DNA of 32,000 bases from Fastidiosibacter lacustris (GTDB lineage: Bacteria > Pseudomonadota > Gammaproteobacteria > Francisellales > Francisellaceae): the NCBI RefSeq assembly GCF_003428155.1, contig NZ_QLIR01000004.1:90001-122000 (forward strand), in the 5' to 3' direction. A model generated the notes under the pieces. The model made no database searches, was not told the origin of the DNA, and saw nothing but the letters and a program-made list of their open reading frames with translations. The position numbers and the translations under genes were made by a program. Shown piece by piece: positions 19,215 to 28,615 of the stretch; the stretch's first letter is position 1, and every line of letters starts with the position of its first letter.

Positions 19215-20315
19215 ATGACAGATAAAATACCAACAGAAATAAATGCTTCAAAATCTGATATGCTTTCATCAGAAGGCACAATTGATTTATTTCATGACGT
19301 TACCAAACTTATTGAAGAAGCTCGTAATCATGTTGCCAGAGAGTATAATTCAGCTCAAGTGCTACTTTGCTGGCTGATTGGCGAGCGCATCAATGATCGT
19401 TTACTACAGTCCGATCGAGCTGACTATGGTGAAATGGTAGTAAGTTCTTTAGCCGACCAACTTAAAGTGAAGTATGGTAAAGGTTATAGTCGAGCAAACT
19501 TATTTCGTATGATCAAATTTGCTAAGTTATATCCTGATCGCAAGATTGTCTCAACGCTGTCGCGACAATTATCCTGGTCTCACTTTGTGCTTATTTGCGG
19601 TATTGATGATTACTTAAAACGAGACTTTTTTGCTGAAATGTGCCGTGTACAGAAATGGAGCGTTCGAGCATTGCAAAAGCAGATTAATGGAATGCTTTAT
19701 GAGCGTGTTGGTTTAAGCAAGCAACCAGAGGGGGTAATTAAAGCTCAAATTAGCCAACTTAAAAATAACGATGAAATGACGCCAGAGATGACATTTAAAG
19801 AACCTTACTTTTTGGATTTCATTGGTGCTCATTCTTATGCTTCAGAGCAAGAACTCGAAGATTTGATTTTGCAAAATATCACTGAATTCCTGCAAGAGAT
19901 TGGAACTGATTTTTGCTTTGTTTCTAGACAAAAACGTATGAGTACTGGCAAAAAGGATCGGTATCTGGATTTATTATTTTTTAATCGTCGACTGCGCCGC
20001 CTTATTGCCATCGATCTTAAACTCGGTGATTTTGATCCAGCTTATAAAGGGCAGATGGAATGGTATTTGAACTGGCTGGATAAAAATGAACGTCTTGACT
20101 ACGAAGAAAAGCCTATGGGCATTATTTTATGTGCAGGCAAAGATCATGATGATATTGAATATCTTGAAATGGATAAAACCGGCATTCATGTTGCTCAATA
20201 CCTAACAGAATTACCACCTAAAGAAATCTTAGAAGAGAGTCTACGCAAAGCGATTTCAACCGCAAGAGAAACCCATATTAAGCGTCTATTACTAGAGGAT
20301 AGGCGTGATGATTAA
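19215..20315 (+). CDS. YhcG/DUF1016-family PD-(D/E)XK nuclease
   Basis: 366 aa; N-terminal REYNSAQVLLCWLIGERI...YGKGYSRANLFRMIKFAKLYP; C-terminal nuclease core RYLDLLFFNRRLRRLIAIDLKLGDFDPAYKGQMEWYLNWLD. Confidence 0.9.
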   Translation: MTDKIPTEINASKSDMLSSEGTIDLFHDVTKLIEEARNHVAREYNSAQVLLCWLIGERINDRLLQSDRADYGEMVVSSLADQLKVKYGKGYSRANLFRMIKFAKLYPDRKIVSTLSRQLSWSHFVLICGIDDYLKRDFFAEMCRVQKWSVRALQKQINGMLYERVGLSKQPEGVIKAQISQLKNNDEMTPEMTFKEPYFLDFIGAHSYASEQELEDLILQNITEFLQEIGTDFCFVSRQKRMSTGKKDRYLDLLFFNRRLRRLIAIDLKLGDFDPAYKGQMEWYLNWLDKNERLDYEEKPMGIILCAGKDHDDIEYLEMDKTGIHVAQYLTELPPKEILEESLRKAISTARETHIKRLLLEDRRDD

Positions 20316-20324
20316 ATTAAACTC

Positions 20325-20417
20325 TTACCTTAGTGTGTAATAAGTCTCAAATTCTTGACTATCCATTTTCTCCTCAATATGAGAATTAATGCTTTGACCA
20401 ATGTATTTATTGCTCAT
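20325..20417 (-). pseudogene. Short SD-led ORF, possible truncated antitoxin/regulator N-terminus
   Basis: MSNKYIGQSINSHIEEKMDSQEFETYYTLR* preceded by a strong GGAGGT SD; its N-terminus resembles MSNKYIG-type small antitoxin/regulator N-termini from memory. Confidence 0.3.
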
Positions 20418-20602
20418 TTAAAACCTCCATCATACGTTTCTCGCTGATTCCACGATCATTGTTTTTTGTATTTTGAGTTGGGTAGGGATTATTGCTTCAG
20501 CGAGTGTTTAACACATCCTGTATTACTTCCTCTGCACCGAGTCTAACCCTTTAAGCAGCGATGATTCAGATAGAGAGTTTACTATTGTTAGATTAAGGGG
20601 TA

Positions 20603-20938
20603 TTACGACAATATTACCTTAGAAATTTTGAGGATCTCATCAAGGCATGTTTTGGGGCACGTTTCTATTTTTTCAGCATTTCTTGATTTAAAATCCATTG
20701 AGCGAATCTGAAATGTTAAAATACTGCCTTTTGTTTTACATTTTCCGGGAAGTGTAACTTCAAATTTATTGCTCCGTTGCACACTTGTAATTGGAGCAAC
20801 AAAGGTAAACCCCGTGTGATCGTTAAAAACAGCTTTTGTTAAAACAAGTGCTGGTCTGCGTTTCATTATTTCACGACCAAGGCTTGGATCAAAATCAAGC
20901 CAGATAATATCTCCTTGGTCTGGAATATATTTTTTCAA
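20603..20938 (-). CDS. MazF/PemK-like type II toxin (ChpB-like)
   Basis: YIPDQGDIIWLDFDPSLGREIMKRRPALVLTKAVFNDHTGFTFVAPITS. The track ORF opens at GTG 20971; TTG at 20938 follows AAGGAAAAG and overlaps the antitoxin stop (TTGA). Confidence 0.9.
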   Translation of the reverse strand: MKKYIPDQGDIIWLDFDPSLGREIMKRRPALVLTKAVFNDHTGFTFVAPITSVQRSNKFEVTLPGKCKTKGSILTFQIRSMDFKSRNAEKIETCPKTCLDEILKISKVILS

Positions 20939-21189
20939 ATCTCTTTTCCTTTTGGCTTGGCTTGAACCCACTCTTTATCTTCGTCAAGAAGCTTAAAACT
21001 ATCTTTTGGGCTTTCAGCAAGCATTTTTTCTAGACTTAATTCTTCTTTTTTAGGTATCAAAATGATTTTATTATCTTCAACATGGATATCAAGCTTATCA
21101 CCCGTATGCAAGTTGAGAATTTGAAGTATTTTTTTAGGGATGCTCACAATACTCGCACCACCTGATTGTCTAAGTGATAGTGATGACAT
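20935..21189 (-). CDS. MazE/AbrB-like antitoxin
   Basis: 84 aa; LRQSGGASIVSIPKKILQILNLHTGDKLDIHVEDNKIILIP swapped-hairpin AbrB fold motif; directly upstream of the MazF-like gene. Confidence 0.9.
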   Translation of the reverse strand: MSSLSLRQSGGASIVSIPKKILQILNLHTGDKLDIHVEDNKIILIPKKEELSLEKMLAESPKDSFKLLDEDKEWVQAKPKGKEI

Positions 21190-21407
21190 TGTATTTATTC
21201 TCCAAGTTTTTTTGTTATATAAAAGTATAACTCAGATTCATACTACTTTCATTCGTTATTTTATAAAACACTGCCGACATTGTTTGAATATCCAATGCGA
21301 TAAGTTTAGAATAAGCCGCAGGAAAAAAAGCTACGTTAAGCTACTAGGCGCGTGTAAACGGTATCCTAAACAATAGATGCGACATAGTGGCAATAAAGGT
21401 CTCTAAT

Positions 21408-22082
21408 ATGAATATTGAGCTTGCAAAAGAAAACATGATAAAACAGCAAATCCGTCCCTTGGGTGTGCCATATGGGGATTTATTGAGCACAATTATCGAT
21501 ACGCCAAGAGAAATATTTGTACCAAAAAGTTTTAAAGAATTGGCTTATTCTGAGGTCGAAATTTTGCTTAATCACGGTCAAAAAGAGCTTACGCCTCAAA
21601 CGGTAATTAAGATGTTGCAACAACTTGCCCCTAAAAGGCATGAAAGGGCTTTGGAACTAGGTTGTGGTTGTGGCTATTTAACCGCTTTATTGGCTAAACT
21701 CACTAAGCTTATCGATGTGGTAAGTGAACACGAAGATATGTTAAATCACGTTAAAAATGCTTTAAAGACGATTGGGGTATACAATGCAAAATATCACCTT
21801 GGTGTGACAAAAGATGCTAAAACATTGACTGAACTTGTTGGATTGGATGTAAAATTTGATGTTATAGTGGTGCATAAATATCTTACTGTATCGCCTGAGA
21901 ATTATCTAAAATACTTAGCAGGAAATGGGCGAATGCTATACTTTTTAGCCAAAGGTGGCTATGCTAAGGCGGTTTTGATTCATAAAAACGTAGATGGTTC
22001 ATATCATCAAACATCAACGTTTGATGTTTATGAAAATGTAGATAAGAAAATGCAAGCAAAAAAAGCAGTATTTAAATTTTAA
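21408..22082 (+). CDS. Protein-L-isoaspartate O-methyltransferase-like protein
   Basis: MNIELAKENMIKQQIRPLGV...PREIFVPKSFKELAYSE...LTPQTVIKMLQQL...ALELGCGCGYLTALLA; ATG at 21408 follows AAAGG (track start at 21387 is a GTG). Confidence 0.8.
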   Translation: MNIELAKENMIKQQIRPLGVPYGDLLSTIIDTPREIFVPKSFKELAYSEVEILLNHGQKELTPQTVIKMLQQLAPKRHERALELGCGCGYLTALLAKLTKLIDVVSEHEDMLNHVKNALKTIGVYNAKYHLGVTKDAKTLTELVGLDVKFDVIVVHKYLTVSPENYLKYLAGNGRMLYFLAKGGYAKAVLIHKNVDGSYHQTSTFDVYENVDKKMQAKKAVFKF

Positions 22083-22106
22083 TAATGGATCACGATAGGT
22101 TAGCGG

Positions 22107-23495
22107 ATGAAAAGAATTACAATACTATTAAGTGGATTATTAATGACTGGATTAGCGTTAGCTAAGATAGACACGATGGATGCTGATGTAGAAAAAACAG
22201 CTTCTCTACCACAAAATTTGTCACAGATTTATGCACTTGCACAACAACATAATGCACAATATTTAGCAGCAGAAGCGACATTTAAATCAACTGAGCAAAA
22301 CGTACCACAAGCTTTAGGTAAGCTATTGCCAAATATTACCGCAAGCTATAATGCACAGAGTAACTACAGCCAAACTGTGGATGAGTCAACGGGTGCTAAA
22401 AACAAATATTTTACTCAAGCGCCTAGCTTAACAGCAACACAAGCACTCTTTAATTGGGGAGCGTGGGGAGGATATAACTATGCAAGTTATCAAGCTAAAG
22501 CAGATGCGATTACTTTTGTGATTGCGCAAGCAAATTTAATTATTTTTGTTACAAGTGCATATTTTGCGGTATTACAAGCAGAAGACAACCTTGCTTATGC
22601 ACAAGCAAATGAATCTTGGAATAAAGAATTGCTCAATCAAACGCAAGAAAAATATAAAGTGGGATTATCGGCTATTACCGATGTCCAAGCAATTAAAGCA
22701 CAATATGAACAATCAGTAGCGGTAACTGTGCAAGCTAAAAACAACTTAGCGACAGCGTTTTCGCAAATCAGTCAAATTATCGGTGAACAGGTGACATCGA
22801 TTGAAAATTTAAGTGACAAATTCCCATTCGACAAACCACAGCCAGACAATATGGATAAGTGGCTGCAAATTGCATTAAAGCAAAATAATAATATTGTACA
22901 AAATCAATTTTTAGTGGAGGCAGCTCAAGCGGGTGTAAGTGGTTTATGGGGAGCATTTTTGCCTGCGGCAGAGTTAAATGCTTCTTTGTCACGTAACTTA
23001 AATTACCAAAATAAAAACTATACGTCAGGGAGCACAACTTCAGCAGCTGGTGTTGGGGTGAGCTGGAATCTTGTCAATGGTGGCAGTGACTATGCGGCAT
23101 TAAAATCTCAACAATATACAGCAACAGCGACCAAATATACTTTGCAAGAAACACAGCGTGCAACGGAAAGTAAGCTAAAAACAGCTTACCTAACCGTGTT
23201 ATCCGACATTGCTCAAGTAGAGGCCTACAAGCAAGCAGTTATTGCAGCAGAAGCTTCTGTTAAAGCGATGAAAGCAGGTTATGATGTAGGAACGCACACT
23301 ATTGTCGATCTGTTACAACAACAGCAACAACTCTTCCAAGCCCAAAGGCAATATGCTCAGGCAAAATATGCTTATATCAATGATTTATTGACTTTGAAAA
23401 ATACAGCTGGGGTATTGAGCTATAAAGACGTTGATGCAATCAACAAATGGTTAACTGCTGAGAAAGTATCAACACAAAGTAGCAGTATGATTTAA
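22107..23495 (+). CDS. tolC: TolC-family outer membrane efflux protein
   Basis: 462 aa with signal peptide; LSQIYALAQQHNAQYLAAEATFKSTEQNVPQALGKLLPNITA; coiled-coil QEKYKVGLSAITDVQAIKAQYEQS; C-terminal YDVGTHTIVDLLQQQQQLFQAQRQYAQAKYAYI. Confidence 0.93.
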   Translation: MKRITILLSGLLMTGLALAKIDTMDADVEKTASLPQNLSQIYALAQQHNAQYLAAEATFKSTEQNVPQALGKLLPNITASYNAQSNYSQTVDESTGAKNKYFTQAPSLTATQALFNWGAWGGYNYASYQAKADAITFVIAQANLIIFVTSAYFAVLQAEDNLAYAQANESWNKELLNQTQEKYKVGLSAITDVQAIKAQYEQSVAVTVQAKNNLATAFSQISQIIGEQVTSIENLSDKFPFDKPQPDNMDKWLQIALKQNNNIVQNQFLVEAAQAGVSGLWGAFLPAAELNASLSRNLNYQNKNYTSGSTTSAAGVGVSWNLVNGGSDYAALKSQQYTATATKYTLQETQRATESKLKTAYLTVLSDIAQVEAYKQAVIAAEASVKAMKAGYDVGTHTIVDLLQQQQQLFQAQRQYAQAKYAYINDLLTLKNTAGVLSYKDVDAINKWLTAEKVSTQSSSMI

Positions 23496-23529
23496 TGACA
23501 AAGAGAGTATATAAAGAAAAGAGAAATAA

Positions 23530-24060
23530 ATGTTAAAACGAAGTGCTGATAAACTCAGTAAGCTTGAAGTTTTTCTTGAGCGTGCCATTTTTGCAAGTCG
23601 CTGGATTCAAGCGCCAATTTACCTTATTTTAGTATTGGTTTTGCTTGCTTTTGTTTATCAAATGGCAAGCGAAGTTTTACACCTTTTTATGACGATAAAG
23701 AGCTTAGCACCGCATGAGCTGATTGTGCTTGGTTTGACTTTGTGTGATACCGTTTTGGTGGCAAACTTAATCGTGATTGTAATTATCAGTGGCTATGAGA
23801 ATTTTGTCTCAAAAATCGACGTTGAACACAAATCAGGTGAACCTATTTGGATTAAACGCTTGTCACATACGGGTGTTAAGCTTAAAATTGCAGGATCAAT
23901 TGTGGCAATTTCCTCTATTTCATTACTTAAGCAATTTTTGGATATTCCACAGTTATCGAACCGTGATTTGATGTGGTATGTATTATTGCACTTAACTTTT
24001 TTAGTTTCAGCGTTAATATTGGTATTTGTAGGTCTGTTAGAGAAAAAAATAAAAGAATAG
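23530..24060 (+). CDS. YqhA/UPF0114-family membrane protein
   Basis: LERAIFASRWIQAPIYLILVLVLLAF...LTLCDTVLVANLIVIVIISGYENFVSK. Confidence 0.85.
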   Translation: MLKRSADKLSKLEVFLERAIFASRWIQAPIYLILVLVLLAFVYQMASEVLHLFMTIKSLAPHELIVLGLTLCDTVLVANLIVIVIISGYENFVSKIDVEHKSGEPIWIKRLSHTGVKLKIAGSIVAISSISLLKQFLDIPQLSNRDLMWYVLLHLTFLVSALILVFVGLLEKKIKE

Positions 24061-24258
24061 TTTAGACGGTTAATAAACCCTCTATCACCTAAAGAAAATA
24101 AAAAGCATTCCGTTTGTGCTTTGACCGCTATCATTCTATAAGCTATAAGCATAGCTTTATATGAAGTCACTATAAGTAACATTGATTAAATGATTAAGCG
24201 TACATAATAAGTAAACGTTATTGCCAATGTGCCTTACATAATAAACACGAGTGAAAAT

Positions 24259-24684
24259 ATGAATATAATGGAACGACAACAGGCTTTGATTGATGACTTT
24301 AATTTTTTTGACGATTGGAGTGATAAATATGCCTATTTGATTGGTTTAGGCAAGAATTTAGAACCTTTCCCAGAGAGTAAAAAAGATGAAGCACACATGG
24401 TTAAAGGTTGTCAGTCACAAGTGTGGTTTGATGCGCAGTTGCAACAAGGCAAGCTTATGTTTCATGGTATCAGTGATGCCGCAATTGTATCGGGTTTAAT
24501 TGGATTGCTATTGCAAGTTTATAGCGATGCCTTTCCTCATGAAATTCTTGATTCTACTACTGATTTTATGACAGAAATTGGATTGGCTAAACACCTAAGT
24601 CCAACACGTAATAATGGATTATATGCCATGATCAACTATATCTATAGTACGGCACAAAAATATGTCGATGCAACAACCCCCTAA
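24259..24684 (+). CDS. SufE-family Fe-S assembly / cysteine desulfuration protein
   Basis: RQQALIDDFNFFDDWSDKYAYLIGLGKNLEPFPE...HMVKGCQSQVWF with conserved Cys; ATG at 24259 preferred over the track GTG at 24229. Confidence 0.9.
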   Translation: MNIMERQQALIDDFNFFDDWSDKYAYLIGLGKNLEPFPESKKDEAHMVKGCQSQVWFDAQLQQGKLMFHGISDAAIVSGLIGLLLQVYSDAFPHEILDSTTDFMTEIGLAKHLSPTRNNGLYAMINYIYSTAQKYVDATTP

Positions 24685-25426
24685 AGTTATTGTCTGCCGA
24701 CCTGAGCCCAAAGCAACTGAACTTGTGGAGCAATTAAATAAATGTGATATAAGTGCAGTTGTTATTGAGCCTTTTATAATCAATTATTTGCCTTTTGAGC
24801 TTAATGCAATTGATAGGGTGACAGATATGATCTTTACGAGTACCTTTGCTGTTGAAGCTTTCTTCCACCAAATGGTGCCTATTGATATGCTTGACGACAA
24901 AAAAATATGGGCGATTGGTGAGGCGACCAAGGCTAAGCTTAAAGCGTTTGGGTTAAGTGCAATCGCGCCGCAACATGCTGACTCAGAGGGACTACTTGAA
25001 GTGATGGATTATAGCGCAGATGTATTATCTAAAGGGCACTTTTTGATTGTGAAAGGCGAAGGAGGACGCGAGTATTTAGCATATGCTTTAGCAAACAAAG
25101 TCAAAAAATTAACAATGGTGGACTGTTATCGGCGCGTATTCGTGAGTAAGCATGATTTAGTGCAACAATTGCAATCTATCGACTCTCAAACAGCGCCTTG
25201 CGTTATTCTCTATACTAGCTTTGATGCCATGCAAGCAACGATGGCGATGTTTGATCTGTACCCTAGTTGGCGCAATGAATCTATCGTTACTGTAACAAAT
25301 ACCCGAATGTTAAGCTGGGCTAAATGCCAAGGTTTTGTTAAATTATATTTGTTAGAGAAATTGAGCAACGATGCGCTTATAAACACACTTATGACACTGC
25401 TCAAAAAAGGGATGGTAAGATGGTAA
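24662..25426 (+). CDS. hemD: Uroporphyrinogen-III synthase
   Basis: VIVCRPEPKATELVEQLN...IFTSTFAVEAFF...AIGEATKAKLKAFGL...LIVKGEGGREYLAYAL; followed by hemX and hemY. Confidence 0.85.
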   Translation: MSMQQPPKVIVCRPEPKATELVEQLNKCDISAVVIEPFIINYLPFELNAIDRVTDMIFTSTFAVEAFFHQMVPIDMLDDKKIWAIGEATKAKLKAFGLSAIAPQHADSEGLLEVMDYSADVLSKGHFLIVKGEGGREYLAYALANKVKKLTMVDCYRRVFVSKHDLVQQLQSIDSQTAPCVILYTSFDAMQATMAMFDLYPSWRNESIVTVTNTRMLSWAKCQGFVKLYLLEKLSNDALINTLMTLLKKGMVRW

Positions 25427-26673
25427 ATGAAACGACTAAGCATGATGAGGATCCAACAGCGCAACAAACACAAAACACTGATGTGCCATTAACACATATT
25501 AAAGAGCGGCAAGCGCTTTTAATAGAGGAACCTGATGTGTCCAAACTTATAAAAGATAAGCTCTATAGATCAAGCGGGCGAGGATATACTTTTATTGTGT
25601 TATTAGCCATTGGTATTGCGCTATGTGGATTGGGGGTAGGTCTATTTGCATTGTATAAGCAGCAAAGTTATAACGCGGTATTGCAAGAATTCGTCAGTGT
25701 CGAACAAATGCCAACCAAGATAGATGATAGTGTTGTTAAAGCTTTGCAAAATAAGCTTAATACTCAAGATATGCTGATGAATAAGCAGCAAGACGCATTA
25801 ACTGTATTACAAGCACAACAAACAAAGCAAAAATCAGAAATAGATAATGCATTAAAAGCAAACGATCTTAATCAGGTCGAGCTTGCACAAAAACTTAGCC
25901 AATTACAGCAAAGCTATTTATTGCCAACTACTGAGTTAAGTAAGCAAATTCAGCTTATGCGCAAACAAACACTCATCCTAAACCTAGCGTTTGCTAAACA
26001 AGCATGGCAAGTTCTAGGCAGCACAACACAAACTCTATTTTTCATTAATCAAGCAAAATCGATACTTATTAACATCGATCAAGCTGGTGGATGGTTTCCC
26101 AAACTTGATGCCATTGCCACAGAATTACAAAATAGTGTAAGTATTGAAGATAACTTCATCAAGATCTCTACTTTGCAAGCTCTACTTCTAAAATTAAAAT
26201 CGTTACCACCTATTGCTCTAGATCAAACTAATAAAGCAACTGCTGTAGTGCAATCAAATGCAGCTGATGAAAGTTGGAGCAAGGCGATTGATGTTTTATG
26301 GCAGCAAGTAAAATCGCTTATTCAAGTACAAAAACTCACAAATGACAATAGCGTTTTACTTGCTCAAAATGCGCATTTTAAAATACTGGCAAATTTATAT
26401 GAATTATTACTTGAGCTTAAAATTGCACTTCTGAATAACGATGCCCCATTGTTGCAAACCATTAAAGAAACATTGGATAAAAATATCCTCAGTTACTTTG
26501 CTGATGATCAAACAAGGCAAGCTGCACTTGCGCTAATTGCACAAATTAAAGTTACACCTGCTAAGATAAATGATGAAATTGATCAATTAATCACATCCAT
26601 TCAACAAAACTCGGTTGAAACGACTACACCACAAATGAATTTTCCACAAGAACCACAAGGTAAGCTATCATGA
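25420..26673 (+). CDS. hemX: HemX-like protein
   Basis: 417 aa; single TM then coiled-coil; AFAKQAWQVLGSTTQTLFFINQAKSIL; position between hemD and hemY. Confidence 0.8.
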   Translation: MVNETTKHDEDPTAQQTQNTDVPLTHIKERQALLIEEPDVSKLIKDKLYRSSGRGYTFIVLLAIGIALCGLGVGLFALYKQQSYNAVLQEFVSVEQMPTKIDDSVVKALQNKLNTQDMLMNKQQDALTVLQAQQTKQKSEIDNALKANDLNQVELAQKLSQLQQSYLLPTTELSKQIQLMRKQTLILNLAFAKQAWQVLGSTTQTLFFINQAKSILINIDQAGGWFPKLDAIATELQNSVSIEDNFIKISTLQALLLKLKSLPPIALDQTNKATAVVQSNAADESWSKAIDVLWQQVKSLIQVQKLTNDNSVLLAQNAHFKILANLYELLLELKIALLNNDAPLLQTIKETLDKNILSYFADDQTRQAALALIAQIKVTPAKINDEIDQLITSIQQNSVETTTPQMNFPQEPQGKLS

Positions 26674-27842
26674 AAAAGGTAGCATGGTTAATATTGATTT
26701 GTGCTTTAGCAGTACTTGGCAGTCTGTCGGTATTGTATCATCCTGGTGTGGTTGCTTTTTTTGTCGATGATACTTTGATTAAACTGCCGTTATGGTTATT
26801 CATCGTTATTATTGTTGTGGGACTTACTATTTTAGGTTTTGTTTATCATTTACTTAAGGTAGTTGTGTTTACGCCAAGACATTGGTGGCAAACCTTGCAC
26901 ATGCGTAAAAAAAAGAAACTCAATATATTACTTGTTGAAATGCAAAAAGCCTATTTATTACAAGATCAACGCTATATTGATAAACATAAAGCGCAAGCTA
27001 AGCTTGATACTCCCGAGGTTGGTGAAGGGTTGACCATGCTCTATTGGCAAAGTCTTTACGATGCAGGTAAATATAAAGAATTACAAAGTATTTTACTTGC
27101 GCTAAAAAGACAGATGGAACTTGAGTTTATTTGGCGTTATTATCAAGCGATGATTTTCGTTAAGGTTGCTGAATATGGCGAAGCGTTGGCACTGTTGCAG
27201 GGTTTAATCGAACAAGAACCACGTAGCAAAAGCCTTATTCATACACTTATCATCTGTCAGATTGAACAAAAACAATCTATCATTGCTCGAAATACGATTG
27301 TTAAATATCAACATTTATTCAGCTTGGATGAGCTTAATCACTATTTTGAACAGATTTTAATGTCTGTGGTAAGCTACAATGATTTAAGTGAAATTTGGCA
27401 AGGCTTGCCAAAACGTTGTCGTATAACGAGTGGGCTTGACTGTGTATACTTTAAACGACTAGCAGCTTTTGTACCTCTTGCTGATTTTAGAGAGCAAATT
27501 CAAAAGGAGCTAACACATCGACTTAGATTTGAACTGGTATTGCTTTATTTAAATAAACTAAAAGATCAAAGAGCGTATGAATTTATAAAAGCATGTTGGC
27601 TTAAACAAAATGATGGTGATTTAGATCAATTAAATTTGTTGTTGCTAACACAAGCGCTTGTTTATCAGGATTGGGAATTTATGGAAACACATATAGATCG
27701 ACTACAACGCACAAAGCTTACGACTCAAGAGGAGGTAAAATATTTACTGTTACGCTCAAAATTTTGTGAGCATCAATCTATGCCAAATCAAGCACATAAG
27801 CTTTTAGCTGAAGTAGAACAGCTATTATTGGAGTTAAAATGA
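26670..27842 (+). CDS. hemY: HemY-like protein (porphyrin-biosynthesis-associated TPR membrane protein)
   Basis: 390 aa; two N-terminal TM helices then helical TPR-like region; ATGA overlap with hemX. Confidence 0.85.
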   Translation: MKKVAWLILICALAVLGSLSVLYHPGVVAFFVDDTLIKLPLWLFIVIIVVGLTILGFVYHLLKVVVFTPRHWWQTLHMRKKKKLNILLVEMQKAYLLQDQRYIDKHKAQAKLDTPEVGEGLTMLYWQSLYDAGKYKELQSILLALKRQMELEFIWRYYQAMIFVKVAEYGEALALLQGLIEQEPRSKSLIHTLIICQIEQKQSIIARNTIVKYQHLFSLDELNHYFEQILMSVVSYNDLSEIWQGLPKRCRITSGLDCVYFKRLAAFVPLADFREQIQKELTHRLRFELVLLYLNKLKDQRAYEFIKACWLKQNDGDLDQLNLLLLTQALVYQDWEFMETHIDRLQRTKLTTQEEVKYLLLRSKFCEHQSMPNQAHKLLAEVEQLLLELK

Positions 27843-28615
27843 TCTATGTTAAACGTTGGTATTTAAACAATTCGCTGAGAAATTATAATTATTCGTTGGT
27901 AAATGATGTCAGTCAAACAGCTTTAATTATTGATCCTACTTTGGTTGATCATTTTGTTCAATTTTGTGAACAAAATGCACTTAAACCAGAGGCGATTTTA
28001 TTGACACATGAACATGGTGATCACGTTGGCGCTGCTGTTTCTTTGAAAGAAAAATATCAGCTTCCAATTTATGCCCATTTCTATGAGTTTAGGGGAGCTC
28101 GGGTTGATTATGTTATAACAGACGGTGAAAACTTAAGCTTTTCAACCGCAGACTGCACGGTGATGGCATGTCCTGGGCATACGGCATCACACGTAAGTTT
28201 TTATGTTCAGGAACAAGGGCTTTTGTTTTGTGGTGATACGATTTTTACAGCGGGGGTAGGGAATCTAAAAGATAGTACAGCTGATGTGAATGCGCTTTAT
28301 GAGAGTATTTTGCGCTTGGTGAGTTTACCAGGTTTAGTGAAGCTTTATCCAGCACACGATTATTTTGAAAATAATTTGTTATTTGCTCAAAGTATTGATG
28401 CTCATGATCAAGCATTTCAAATCTGGTATAAAAAAGTAAAGGATGTTCCAGCTGAAGACAAGCCGATCACCAGTATTCAAGATGAAAAATCGATGAATAT
28501 CTTTTTGCGTACGCATGAACCCAATTTACAGCATATTTTACAGCGATCTAATAGAAAAGTGATAGATGCTAAATCAGCTTTTTGTGAATTAAGGGCACGT
28601 AAAGATGTCTTCTGA
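27839..28615 (+). CDS. gloB: Hydroxyacylglutathione hydrolase (glyoxalase II) family MBL-fold protein
   Basis: LTHEHGDHVGA, CPGHTASHVSFYV, LFCGDTIFTAGVG, YPAHDYFENNLLFA. Confidence 0.85.
   Translation: MIYVKRWYLNNSLRNYNYSLVNDVSQTALIIDPTLVDHFVQFCEQNALKPEAILLTHEHGDHVGAAVSLKEKYQLPIYAHFYEFRGARVDYVITDGENLSFSTADCTVMACPGHTASHVSFYVQEQGLLFCGDTIFTAGVGNLKDSTADVNALYESILRLVSLPGLVKLYPAHDYFENNLLFAQSIDAHDQAFQIWYKKVKDVPAEDKPITSIQDEKSMNIFLRTHEPNLQHILQRSNRKVIDAKSAFCELRARKDVF

Noticed and set aside
21140-21376. 78-aa ORF antisense to the MazE-like start and promoter
   Set aside because: No motif, overlaps the antitoxin gene antisense.
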